From Bilabrum cf. latius (taxonomy: Eukaryota), in assembly GCA_965178125.1 (NCBI GenBank), contig OZ237771.1, positions 248,001 to 312,000 of the forward strand: a DNA stretch of 64,000 nucleotides, in the 5' to 3' direction. Position 1 is the stretch's first letter, and each line of letters opens with the position of its first letter. Of the stretch, positions 12,718-25,500 are shown piece after piece. The translations under genes were made by a program, and so were the position numbers. A model generated the notes under the pieces. That model saw only the letters and a program-made list of their open reading frames with translations, searched no databases and was not told the DNA's origin.

Positions 12718-14628
12718 TCACACCATATGCCCAGCTCTTGGCTGGACCGACGATGCAGACTACTCCCCGGCATTGATGCTCAACCGGATGTTCTGCGTGT
12801 CTGGTTTCTTCGGCTCGCGCGCCTCCTTGTTCTTCTTCCTCCCAATCGCTCCACAGAAAAAGCAGTAAGCACATGTGCCTGCCGCCGATGCCAGCACGCA
12901 TACTACGATGATGACAACAATGACGGTGGTACTGACGCCGTCATTGCCATCGCCATCGCCGTTGCCATCGCCATTGCCGCCACTCCCGTCTACGTCCTCG
13001 TCGGTTGTCCCGTTGTCACTGGGATCCCCGGTGCCTGCAGCGACTGCCACCACCTGCAGGTCATCCGGCCTCACGCTGGTGTCCAACGTTACCTCGTCCA
13101 CCGACACGACCACCTCACTGGCGACAGATGGTGGAGCAGCAGCCTGCAGAGCTGCCTGCAAGGTACTGCCGCTCGAGTCCGTGAGGGTGCCATTGAGGTA
13201 GTCCAGGATGTCCTGCCTGGTCTGGGCTTCGTCAAACCGGTCAAGGGGAATAGTCACACTCATGTCAACCTCGACTCCCGGTGTATCGGTGCTTGAGGAC
13301 TAGCCTCCACTTTCGGAGGGGGTAGCCACCCGGTCGATGGTCACCTGACTTGCTCTTGCGATGTCAAGCATCCCATCAGAAGTAGGCTACTCCAGGTTGC
13401 TCTAGAAAATCGGAACTGTCGCACCAGACACCTCGAGTCCGGATACGGTTATCACTCTGCCTCTCCTTCGAACGGCGGCAGAGCACCTCAGGCCTTCTTC
13501 AGCGCACACGAGAGCACCTGCACAGTTTGATGTCGTAATGCACGACCTGCCCTGCGAGCACATTGGGCATTGGTCTGCCGAGGGGTCACCGCAGTCGATA
13601 TTCGTCTCTTGGCCGTTCATCTCGTCATCACTGCACGTCGGTCCAGACGCAGCATCGCTACTGGAGATCGGTGTGGGCGAGGTGCTGGGGCTGCTGGATA
13701 CACTCGGCGTGGGCGTCGGGCTGCTGGATACGCTCGGCGTGGGCGAGGTACTGGGGCTGCTGGATACGCTCGGCGTGGGCGAGGTGCTGGAGCTGCTGGA
13801 TACGCTCGGCGTGGGCGAGGTGCTTGGGCTGCTGGATACACTCGGCGTGGGCGAGCTGCTGGGGCTGCTGGTGATGCTTGGGGTCGGGCTGGTACTGGTG
13901 GAAGTTGATGGGGATGGTGACGGAAGAGTAACAGTTGGAAACAAGATCCACAAGGCCCCGTAATCATGGTATGATACGGTACCTTCAGCGTCATCCTCGA
14001 GGGCACCGACAGCGATTTCTGCCGTACCATCTCCGTCCAGATCGCCCACGGATGCCACGGATAATCCGAAGTTGTCATTATCGTTCATCACGCCCGTGAA
14101 GCCACCTTCCGTAGACGAAATCTTCTAGTGGGACTTGACTGTGCCGTCGGTGTCTAGGAACAGGATCCATACAGCCCCGGAACCAGTACCTCCGTCTCCA
14201 TCCCCGGCCGCGCCGACAGCAATATCTGTCGTGCCATCTCCGTCTAGGTCACCCAAGGATGCCACGGATATTCCGAACTTATCGCTTTCTTCTATCTAGG
14301 TGGTGAAACCGCCTGTCATGTGCGTTATTTTCTGGTATGACGCGATGCTCATCTCCGGACGAAGCGTGCTCAGCTCTCGTCTCCACGAGCCCTTGTCAAT
14401 GTCCGTGTACCCCATTGACTCAGATGCAGACTGTATCATGGGTACAATGGCCTATTCGTCGATCGATGAGGTCTATGCCACGCTAAATTGGGGTACCATA
14501 GTCCTGGTACTTGCCTCCCTCTGGGCTCGGGCCGTGTGGTACCCGCTCGCTGCAAGGGCGGCCGAAGAAGTTACCCAAGCCACCGCTAGCACGCTGCGAC
14601 GGGCAAATCGAACAGACCTACAAACCAT
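12718..14628 (-). CDS. Type-I membrane protein: signal peptide, 2 FG-GAP (integrin-alpha-like) repeats, Ser/Thr/Pro stalk, Cys-rich module, TM helix (~636 aa, TAG=Gln)
   Basis: N-terminus MVCRSVRFARRSVLAVAWVTSSAALA; repeats FGISVASLGDLDGDGTTDIAVGA and FGLSVASVGDLDGDGTAEIAVGA; TM segment VIVVIIVVCVLASAAG. One frame with ~8 TAGs; TGA at 12718-12720. Confidence 0.85.
13670..13875 (-). repeat. ~36-bp coding repeat (SSSPSTSPTPSV) forming a mucin-like stalk
   Basis: 5-6 imperfect copies within the FG-GAP gene. Confidence 0.85.
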
Positions 14629-16424
14629 AGAATGACGATCTAGAGGTCAGGTACGAAGTACCACCGTAGGCTGGTAAACAGAGGGTAATAGTCTATGGGT
14701 TTCTGCGTGAGTCAAGAAGAGTCATTGATGTCTTTCTGTACAGCCCAACCTTTACCCTCACAGGTATGCCTTTGCGCCCATGCTTGAGTTCATCCGCTTT
14801 CACGATCTCTGCAATACTTGAAGGGGCATTAAGCGAGTGAGATGGGCAAAATCGACAGGCCAGATGGGGACACTTGGCAACAGAGTACTGGGGTAGGCAT
14901 GCGGCTTGCAGCCGTTCGCATGCTAGTGGTATGACCCAAAAAGCACTATCGCATTGTTTTAATGGGGGTTAGGCGCCAATTATCGCCGAAAGAAGAGCAG
15001 TCGTGCCATAAAAGCGCTAGCTGTCTAGTGTAGTTAGCCACCTGGCCGTGGCAGGCACGACGTCTGTACTTAGAAGGGATGGATCAGTAGGCTCGCATTT
15101 GAATAGAGTCTGGCAGAATCTTCTCACGTGCGAGGTAGCTGGCTTGATGGCTTTGGGGGTAAAAGCGGTAGAGCACTGTAAGTATACAACGGCTGCGCGG
15201 GATGGGGTATAAAGGGAAGAGATGCGGGACAGCGGATAACGGTAAGACTTGGGAATCAAGTTGGGATCAGGCCCGCCTGATTCCGAGTCGTTCGGGTCCT
15301 GGTTTGTGCTCTCGAGGCACTTCCCTTGGGGCAAGTGCTCGAGTGGAAGCTGAGACGGAACACGCAGTGCCACAGATATAAAGATCTGGGCACTGGAATT
15401 CTTTTGAAAACCACTTCCTCCGCTGGCGCCGCAGCGGAACCTTAGGCGGACGGCGGCCGTGCCAGAGCCACACTTTCGGCTACGGCAAGAGATAACTTTA
15501 CCAAAACCGAAGAGTATTTTACCTAAGCTTGGTTTGCCGCGATTTCAGCGATTGGCCCCAAGCAGAATAAAAGGCTTGGGCAGGAGCGGGCGGAGCCGAG
15601 AGTTTTCTTTTCTTGACTCGGGCAAGGGTACTTTGCTCTACTTATAACTGTCTACTTGGTAGATAGAGGTGTAGTGGCCGCTAGTGTGCAGTTAAACCAC
15701 CCGAGTAGGTGTCGGGGACTTACCGGCATGATGCTCCTGCGGCTAGGACAAACCGGATGTTCAGCAACGCTGAGTTGGGGATTGTACAAGATGCTCCCGC
15801 ATAAACGGTGGTTGCAGCACGAGCTGCTGCCGGCCCTGGTGCCAGGGGTAGAGCATACCTAGCCCACAGCGAAGCATGCGGGGAGGAGGGAAGCGGCCGC
15901 GATGGGAAGCGGCCGTCAACCGGCCGACAGCCAGTAGCCATTGGACCTGACAAGTACTGACGCGCATTACGCTGCGAAAAGCGCCTTTAACATCATGGTG
16001 CAGCGCTGGGCACTGTTACTTGGGGGGGTGGGACCTCACGCTGTTTTGCAACAACCAGCCGTGCGTGGACGCATTGAAAGACTCGGCCGCGGAGAGACAC
16101 GCATTGAATCGAATGCTGATGCCGATCTTCGTATCCGCAACCCTCTGTGATATTTTTCATCTTTGCGCAGCTAGCTTACAGTCGGAGGTCCAAAGCAGCA
16201 GGCCGTATCACAACGGAATGTGTGCATTACCACACTCCCGCCCTCAGTGAAGATGCTGTAACGGCTGGTGTGCCCGCAGTGATGCTGGCGGATATTGCGA
16301 CCAGGTGCTGCCGCAGCGAATGCGGCGAGGAATGTCTGGCTCGATGTACTCGGATCAGTGCGACTTCTCTGAATTCCATCGGGACCGTGGAGAGCCGATT
16401 GTCCTCAGTCATGCGGGCACCGAT

Positions 16425-16558
16425 CCCAGTCCGAAGCATCTCCCCCTCATGCCACACCCAGTGCACCGAGTGCCTCTCTCGCCCAGTCCAAAGCATCTCC
16501 CCCTCATGCCACACCCAGTGCACCAAGTGCCCTTCTCGCCCAGTCCGAGGCACGTCCC
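16425..16558. repeat. ~2.3 copies of the 57-bp C-terminus/stop repeat at the 3' end of the second kinase-ARM gene
   Basis: Same unit as 4923-5478. Confidence 0.9.
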
Positions 16559-19500
16559 CGACCAGATTGCCTCAGCTGCCTCAGTGGGCCGACAGCACCT
16601 GCGTCAACAACAGCCTGCTTTATACTCTAGGATCCAGCAGCGATATTCCAGAGTGCCCCCGCCGCATGCTCAGCCTCCTTGCCCTTGCTCGATCCCAGCA
16701 GGCCCACCAGCCCAGGCAGTGCGCCACCATCCACCACGGCCTGCTTTCTACTCTAGGATCTAGCAGCGATATTCATAAGCGACCCCGCCGCATGCTCAGC
16801 CTCCTCACCCTTGTTCGATTCCAGCAGGACCACCAGCCCGGGCAGTGCACCTGCATCCATCACGGCCTGCTTTCGGATTTCAGATCCAGCAGCGATATTC
16901 AAAAGCGCCCCCGCCGAATGCTCAGCCTCCTCACCCTTGTTCGATTCCAGCAGGACCACTAGCCCAGGCAGAGCGCCTGCATCCACCAAGGCCTGCGTCA
17001 GACCTTCCGATCCAGCAGCGATACTCCGCAGTGTTCCCGTTGCACACTCTGCCTCCTCACCCTTGCTCGATCCCAGCAGGACTACCAGCCCAGGCAGTGC
17101 GCCTGTATTCACCACGGCCTGCTTTCGGGTATCAGATCCAGCAGCAATATTCCAAAGCGCCCCCGCCGCATGCTCAGTCTCCTAATCCTTGCTGGATTCC
17201 AGCAGGACCACTAGCCCAGGCAGTGCACCTGCATCCACCACGGCCTGCGTCAGACTTTCCGATCCAGCTGCAATACTCTGCAGCGTTCCCGTTGCGCACT
17301 CAGCCTCCTTGCCCTTGCTCGATCCCAGCAGGCCCACCAGCCCAGGCAGTGCGCCACCATCCACCACAGCCTGCTTTCGGATATCAGATCCAGCAGCGAT
17401 ATTCCAAAGCGTCCCCGCCGCATGCTCAGCGTCCTCACCCTTGCTCGATCCCAGCAAGACTACCAGCCCGGGCAGTGCACCTGCATCCACCACGGCCTGC
17501 TTTCGGGTATCAGATCCAGCAGCGATATTCCAAAGCGCCCCCGCCGAATGCTCAGCCTCCTCACCCTTGTTCGATACCAGCAGGACCACTAGCCCAGGCA
17601 GAGCGCCTGCATCCACTACGGCCTGCGTCAGACCTTCCGATCCAGCAGCGATACTCCGCAGTGCTCCCGTTGCACACTCTGCCTCCTTGCCCTTCCTCGA
17701 TCCCAGCAAGACTACCAGCCCGGGCAGTGCGCCTGCATCCACCACAGCCTGCTTCAGACCTTTCGATCCAAAAGCGATACTCCGCAGTGCTCCCGCCGCA
17801 TACTCAGCCTCCTCACCCTTGCTCGATCCCAGCAGGACTACCAGCCCAGGCAGTGCGCCTGCATCCACCACGGCCTCCTTCAGACCTTCCGATCCAGCAG
17901 CAATATTCCAAAGCGCCCCCGCCGCATGCTCAGTCTCCTAATCATTGCTGGATCCCAGCAGGACTACCAGCCCAGGCAGTGCGCCTGCATCCACCACAGC
18001 CTGCTTCAGGTCTTCCGATCCAAAAGCGATACTCCGCAGCGTTCCTGCCGCACACTCTGCCTCCTCACCCTTGCTCGATCCCAGCAGGACTACCAGCCCA
18101 GGCAGTGCGCCTGCATCCACCACAGCTTGCTTTCGGATTTCAGATCCACAAACGATACTCCGCAGCGTTCCCGTTGCGCACTCTGCCTCCTTGCCCTTCC
18201 TCGATCCCAGCAGGCCCACCAGCCCAGGCAGTGCTCCTGCATCCACCACGGCCTCCTTCAGGTCTTCGGATCCAAAAGCGATACTCCGCAGCGTTCCTGC
18301 CGCACACTCTGCCTCCTCACCCTTGCTCGATCCCAGCAGGCCCACCAGCCCGGGCAGTGCACCAGCCTCTATAAAGGCTTTCCTTGCCCTACGGTTGTCA
18401 AAGCATGCCTGCCAAACGAGGAATGTTCCAATCTCTGCTTCCATATCACCATCGGATACTAGTTTCTTCAAGATCCTTTCAAGCTCATCTTTGTTTGACA
18501 GCACGTGATCTGTTATGTCAACTCGGACTTCTTCAAATAGTTGCCGGGCGTGCAAACTGAAATCATCCGGATGACCAATGCCCGATTCCATCCGAAACTG
18601 CCAAAGCACCCTGTATACACCATCCCAGTCACCCCTAGATTTCAGCCCATCCACCATAGTCCTTATCTTAGCAACTGCTGATTCCCACTCAGGCCCACCG
18701 GTTGCCAATGCCGGCAGATACTTGCTGATATCATATAAACACGGCCCAGTTGCTGCTGAATGTCCACCAGATTGCATCACATGCACCGCCTCATGGACCC
18801 CCATCCTGTCCCCGGGATCAACGCACAGCAAATCGTGAACCAATGCAATGTACCATTTCGGTCGCTTTGACAGCATATCTAGACCAGTCAACGGTGCATC
18901 ACATGCATGCAGGCCAGTTGCAAGCTCCCCAGGGCTGGGCTTGCTTCCATCCTGAATCTCACCAGGATACGAGTCCCCGAACGGGTGCTGCCCTCCCGTG
19001 GCCAGCTCGTGCAAAAGAACGCCCAGCTCCCATGATGCCTGCTTGCCGAATGGCACCTCCTCGTCTTCCCCTCCTGGCTTTGATCCCCTGTTCCACCCGT
19101 CCAGCACCTCAGGGGCCAGATGGGCCTGATTGCCGCCCAGCCCGTCACCACCATCCTTCAGGTATCGGTACGTGACCCGATCTAGTGCCTCCTCTGCTTG
19201 TGAAGTGCCAGAGCCGCTGGCTGTAGAAACAGCAGCAGCAGGGTCAGCAGCAGAGACTGCAGCGCCATCCAAATGCACACGCAGTGAGCACCCGAGATTC
19301 ACCAGCACCGCACGACCCACCCCCTCCGGACCCCCCTTCGAGTCCCACATCACGTTGTCCAGCTTCAGGTCACGGTGCACCACCCCGTGCTGCAGCAGAT
19401 GATGCACGCCCTCCGCGATGTCGCTGGACAGCTGCACAAGCACATCGCCAGGCATGGATCCCGGCTCATCGTACTCCAGGTATTCCAGATGGTCGCACAT

Positions 19501-20118
19501 GCGCCTCTGCAGCAGCTCCATGCCCACCATCTGGGCCTTGCGGGGACGTAGTGCGGAGGCACCAGCGGACGGCATGCCTTCCCCCGCAGCACCATCATCA
19601 TCACCATCGTCTCGTAGGTCAAGGCACACTAAGCTTGGATCGGGAAGCATTTCCACCATCCACACCGGAGGCTTGCACACGCATTCGAACAGCACACGAG
19701 CAAGGTTACGGTGCTCGGGCAGGTGAGCGAGCACATCGAACTCTTTCTGGGAATCGATGGTTTCGAGCTTGGATGTGGACAGCCCCCAGTTGAATACAGT
19801 CTTCACTGCAATATAATCAGGTGCTGTACCAGCGCCTTCAGCCTCTGCATCTGTGCTGCTTGCGGGAATTGCAGCACGAAAGACGGCCCCAAATCCGCCG
19901 CTTCCGAGCAAGACTCTTCCTCTCGAAGGCTTGATGCTCCGAGCCAATACGGGCTTCGCAAAATTACGGCGCTGCACAATTGTACCCGATTTCGTCATGC
20001 GGTAGACCTTAATCATGCTGGCAGGGAGTTCGGGAAGTGGCATGTCTACACGCTCCGTCTCGTGCATTGGTAAGGGATCGCCCGCACCGGCGCCGCTTGA
20101 TGGCCCAGAAGCTGACAT
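16504..20118 (-). CDS. PINK1-like (pseudo)kinase with 14 armadillo repeats (~1204 aa, TAG=Gln)
   Basis: Close paralogue of 5422-7644. The DFG-equivalent reads NLG. In-frame TAGs at 17938, 17182, 16753 and ~16627; TGA at 16504-16506. Confidence 0.85.
16600..18365 (-). repeat. 126-bp (42-aa) armadillo coding repeat x14
   Basis: LPGLV-encoding cores recur every 126 bp from ~16713 to ~18351. Confidence 0.92.
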
Positions 20119-20297
20119 TTTGATACACAATGAATCTATGTGTACTCCAGGGCACTTCTTGAGCCCGTCCAGAAAGATGGACCCGTGAAAAGCAACTGCA
20201 TTCCAGACGTGGATCGTGGTCTGATTTATTACAACATGCACGTCACAAATAAGAGCTGCCAAAATTTGCTACAATTGAGCAGTGATACTTGAGCGGT

Positions 20298-23200
20298 TCA
20301 ATCAATAGAAGCTCCCTCCAGCTCGTCTCTTGCAATCCGCGCCGCCTCCCTCACAGCAGCAGCGGGTGCCATGGGAGCTCTTCCACCCCTGCCCACAACA
20401 AGCTCTTTGAATAGCATCCGTACCCGAGCCTGGAGCCGCTTGCCAGCCTCTGTCTCGAGCAATGACTTGGTTGGTGGTGTGGCGGATGAATCAATGAAGC
20501 CATCGGCACCTGTGCCATCGCCAGCACAAGCAACAGCACCAACGCCAGCACCTTCGCCAGTCGAGTCAGCCAGCAGCTAAGCCTTCCCGCGAATGAATCT
20601 ATTTGCATCCGATGCAAGCCGGGCAAATCCAAGCAAGGCAGCAGCACGCATCACAGCCTGTGCTATTGAACTACCATGCGGTGCATCGGGGCCGAAGAAG
20701 GTGATCCCACCTTCCCCATCGTCTGGGTTGGAGCTACGTCTCACGCTAGGACACACTCCGATGATATCGTCACATGGTACCACTGGCAACCACGCAAGTC
20801 CCCCAGCAACAGTCGCAATCGACACACACGCATCTGCAACGGCATCAGCACCTGCACCAGACGAGGCGCGATCCATTTCGCTCTCCCTTCTGCCCATCGC
20901 AAGACAGGCAGCGCTGACCGACACAAGCGGAGCTGAGACCGCCAGCACACTGCTTGGCGTGGCATCAGCCGACATTGAGGCAGAACTATCGCGCGCTGCA
21001 CCAAGCATACCAGATGACGGTATGCCTTCCACTGCCGTAGTGTGCGACCAATTGTTCATGCATGGGTGTGACGAGAGCAGCACAATCTTGTGCGGCGTTG
21101 CGTTCCTCGGCCCAGCGCTGCTTGGCACACGAACATCCTACGAGTAGCGCGGTACATGTGACGATGACACCTCTCCAGTGCTGTCAGCACCATCACTTGG
21201 TCCAGACCTCTCGTTCTCGTGCACTAACCTGGCCAGCGGCATGCAGCACGAAGCGGCCAGTGCCATCCCTCCTGGTTGTGAGAGGTCGGCTGAGCATGGC
21301 AGGACTGTCACCCAGGCGGTCTTGATGAGTTGCTCTAGGCCGCGTTTGGCGCCTGGGCCGCATGATATGAGTGTGGCGAGCATTGGCTAGCCCATGGTCA
21401 GCACTGTAGGGGCGATGAGATCAAATGCGGGCGAGCTTCCCCCTGCTCCACCACCGGACCCAGTCGATGCTGCTCGCGTGGAACGAGAAGTGGGACCAGC
21501 GGATGGACTTGGGATCGCTGCATCGGCTTCATATTCGGCGTTCGATGCAGAGGGCCTTGCAGGAATGGTGCCTCCGAATAGATCCGCCATGCCTTGTGCA
21601 GGCACGGTGGTGGCAACCGCGGCAGAATCACCGCCAGTGCCGACAGCCCCGGCTGCAGGTGTATCGCCAGCGCCCGTCTCACCCTCGGTCTATCCCTCAC
21701 GTGCTTGCACCCATGCCAAGCTACAAGAGTCATCAGCTGCAGTCCGGCAGGCGTCCAAGAAGGATATCAGCTTGGAGTCTCGCGCGTGCTTTGCGGCTGC
21801 TGTAGACCCGTCATTGACGCTCGCGAGCCATAGCCAGTTGTACTGTTTCTGCTGCTCCTGCTGCTTGTGGTCATGTCCGTTTGTACTCCTCTTGGAATCA
21901 GATACAGAGCTAGGCGATACTATCGCTGTGCCTCTGCCCGGCTACCGAGTAGGAAAGCAGCCGAGCATCCCAGGCCCCAGTCGAGCGATCCCGGCGGCAC
22001 CTGGGGGCAGCATGCCAGCGAGTTGAAGATCAACCGGTGGATCCTATACACTGCTTAACTCGGACCCACTAGCTGAGTCTCCTGCCGCCACTGCACCGGA
22101 TGACCAGGCTGAATCACCTGGGTATCCGAATGGGAAGGAGGCGTCCTGACGGGCAGCGCGAGCCTTGATCGTGGAGACGTCCTCGATGCACCGCCAGAGA
22201 CAACACTCGTCACACCCGACCGCAAGTTCGCCGGACTCATCCCTGTCAATGCAGCCGGATAGCCACAAGTGCCCGCCTGCGACTGCAACAGACACTGTTT
22301 GCTGGCAATCGATGCCCGCCACACCGGCAATCGGGCGCGCCTGCCAACCGCCCAATCGGGATTTGGACGGTTGCTTTCCATCCGGTGTGACGAGTGATCC
22401 TGTCGCGCGAGCAATGGATGTCGCCGTGGCCTGCAGCAGCCACACCACGGCACCAGTACTCTGGGGAACATCACTCATCACACGCCCAGTGACCGCAATC
22501 ACGGTGGCCGAGTCTGGGTCTGATGCCAGTGCGACGATCCGATGCCCGGGCAGCGGCCAGGGCTCATCCTTCATGAAGGTTCCCTGGGAGGGCCTGGCAC
22601 CTCGTAGTGATCCGTGCTGGGCTTCGGCTGGTTCGTCGGTACTCGTCACACTCTCTAGCTTCATACCAGCCTGTTTCCACACGGCTGCATCGGCTGCGGT
22701 CCGGTATCGGAAGCAGCGCAGCACCGTCATCCTCGACTCACTCGTCACACCCTCCGCGGCTCCTATGCCGGAATCGACCGATGTCTTGCCCATCTGCCCC
22801 AGTAGCAGCACCTGCTCGCGCTCGTCACACCCACCCCGGCTAGCGCCGCTCCCACCGGCAGATCCTTTGCTGCTGTCGATCACCCCAACGGCGAGCTGGT
22901 GACCCTGCAGCCCAGTGACGCCGGTAATGCCGATGACACTGCCGGGCAGAACAACTCCATCCGCACCTCTGCAGTGCAATGCACCCATCGAGCACTCCCT
23001 CATCGCCTTTCGGACCGCTGGATCAACCATCACCTTCAGGTGCCGGAGCGCCGCACCAGCCCTGGCCCTGGCGTCTTTTAGCTTTTTTTGTTTCTCCGGG
23101 TCCGTTGGAGACTGCGAGGACGAAGCTGACGATGCGGCGGGCTCATCCGAGCCGGGTCCGCTGGTTTGGCCACCCTTCGATTTGCCACCATCGCCGAGTT

Positions 23201-25146
23201 CGCCACGGGCCATCCTCCACTCGAGGCTCCCACTCGCCCTGCCGTGCCGCTCAGCCTCCGTCAGCTAGCCAGCCGCACCACCATGCGATGCACCGGTCTT
23301 CTTGATGATCTCCAGAGCCGAAAACCAGTCGGCCGCGTGGCGTGCCGATCGGAGCAATGCCTCATCTTGCGCTCGCCTCCAGCGAATGTAGGAGCGTCTC
23401 GCTGGAGTCACTGGCGGCAACCTAGCCGTGCGGTCCTGAAACTCGGAATGTGCACGCAACAATTGGTCCAGCCACGCCTCGGGGACGCCGTACCTGTCGT
23501 GGTTCCTCCTTCGCTCCACCACTTCGCCCATCGCTCGGGTGTATCGCATTGTCACGTCCTGCACCTCATCTCTGCCGAACGCAATCACAAAGTTGAGTTT
23601 CTGCGAAGACAGGGAATGGAAAGCAAGCTCGATCAGACTATATATTATAAGCAGCGATCGACTTCTCAATACTTAAGCTAAGCATTGGTGAGTGCTTGGG
23701 GTCCTGGCAAGGCATTGAGTGCCGCTTGCTCAATCGCTGATCGCACCGATCTGGCACCCGGCATCGTGCAAGCTGGCTTACGACAACGTGCGAACGGTGC
23801 AGACCAACAAACAAACCAATCCGCCCTATATGTACGAGTAAAGCATTAGTCGCATGCACATAACATCTAGCTTACCTTGCCCCAGCCCTGCTCGTACATG
23901 AGCGGGCTATCTGACGCTGCCTCGGCTGGATCGCAGTGCACCCATCTACCCGGCTGCGGCCCAGCGCTATCTCCGGGCGCCTTCCCCACCACATCCAGCC
24001 ACACCTCGCACCACACGTGGTCGGTGAAATCGACGATGTGGCGGGTATCGAACCCCAGGGAGGAGAGGACCAGAGAGAAGCAGTTGGCGTACTCGCCGCA
24101 CCTGCGCATATAGGACGAGTAGCGCACCAGCAAGTGGAGCAGTGGCACAGCACGCTGCAAACGAAGTGGCCTCATACAGAATGCAGGCAGAACTTTGAGT
24201 ACATGGGTTCCATTCCGACTCACCTGCCGCGCCTTGTCTCGAGCAATTTTGCCGGATCGTTCAGGCGAGGAAATCGCGTGACTGCACCGCACGGTGGGCT
24301 GCCTCCTGGTGGTGACCCGGCCGGGCTCGGCTTCCTGCCCTGGCACTGGTACAGCTCCGTGATTCCGGCGCCGAAGGAACGTTCCTCGGGGTTCGGCGCG
24401 GTCGCGCCCATGCCCTTGGTGGGGGCCCCGCACTGGTCGCAAGGCGGCTGGTTGACCCACTTGAAGAAGTCGTGCTTGAACCAACGGAGAAGCTCGCGAA
24501 GCAGGCAGTAGCGGAACGTGGGGTGCGCGGCGCCGCCCGTGCATGGCTTCTCCGGGCGCCGCTTCGTTCCGTTGGTCAGCTACAAGTCGGGCAGGGGCCC
24601 GCACGCGTGTGACGAGTGCGCACCGTCGCCGGTTCGCATGGCGTCCAACATGGCTCCCATGGCTTTGGTCGCAAGGCTCAAAGCGGGTATCTTATCCCAG
24701 ACGGCCGCCCGCTTTGTGGGATCATCGTACTGTCGCACTGCACGCGCGGCTCCCTGGACCCTTCGAATCATCTGCTGTGCTCGCTCGCCGACGGCTGGCG
24801 GCTGGTTCTGCAGATGGACCGCGGCTGTGAACATCGCCTGCTACAGGGCTTGAGCCTGGGCCTGCATTCCGAATTGCGAGATTCCATCGAAATCAGGGAC
24901 GTCAATGCTGCCGGAATGCCGGCCCTCTGCCACCGTGGCTCGCCCCCTGAGGCTGTGCAACAGCCAAGCGTGCACGTGTTGAGGAGTGCCAGGTGGCTGC
25001 GCATCAGGGCCACTGTTGGTCTTGAGCGACATCAAGTACGCTACAAACTTTTCATCAGTATTGATGTGGCCATCCGGTCCGATTATAACCTGCTATTCCT
25101 GCCCCACCCCAAAACACGATTCAAGCTGCATTGCAAGAATATCCAT
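20298..25146 (-). CDS. PNG1: Peptide:N-glycanase (transglutaminase-like core) with a long C-terminal extension; 2 introns; ~1480 aa if TAG=Gln
   Basis: Motifs LLRWFKHDFFKWVNQPPCDQC, LLETRRGR|CGEYANCF, DHVW, WVHCDP and GWGK|KLNFVIAF..VQDVT.RY; Cys-His-Asp triad intact. The start codon is uncertain. Confidence 0.85.
23601..23875 (-). other. GT-AG intron (275 bp)
   Basis: AAG|GTAAGC ... TTCGCAG|AAA restores the canonical GWGKKL motif. Confidence 0.9.
24102..24223 (-). other. GT-AG intron (122 bp)
   Basis: AG|GTGAGT ... TGCGCAG|G restores the catalytic GRCGE motif. Confidence 0.9.
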
Positions 25147-25500
25147 GCCTCCATCAGGGTCCACCTCCAAGCATGCTCTGCGATTCAATAAATATAAATA
25201 TTAGCAAAACAGTATTATTAGGTGACCTCGAATAATGCCTGATCATGATTCTAATGTACACCGCGAATGATACGATAAATCCTCACACTACACCCTCATA
25301 CAGGACGTTAAATGGAACGTCAGACATGCTTAACAAGTCAACGACTAGATCGAGACTCCTCACAGATTATTTTAATTTGCCTGCAAGTATTACGACTGTG
25401 ATCGCGCACGTTATGAACACGTGATCGTTCTGTGAAGTTTGCTCGTCACACCGGGACCTTCTTGGCCAACCACTGGCACCGCTGTCGCCTCCCCCCAGGT

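Noticed and set aside
14700-16420. Short ORFs or an RNA gene in this interval
   Set aside because: No recognisable protein motif, tRNA cloverleaf or rRNA signature by eye.
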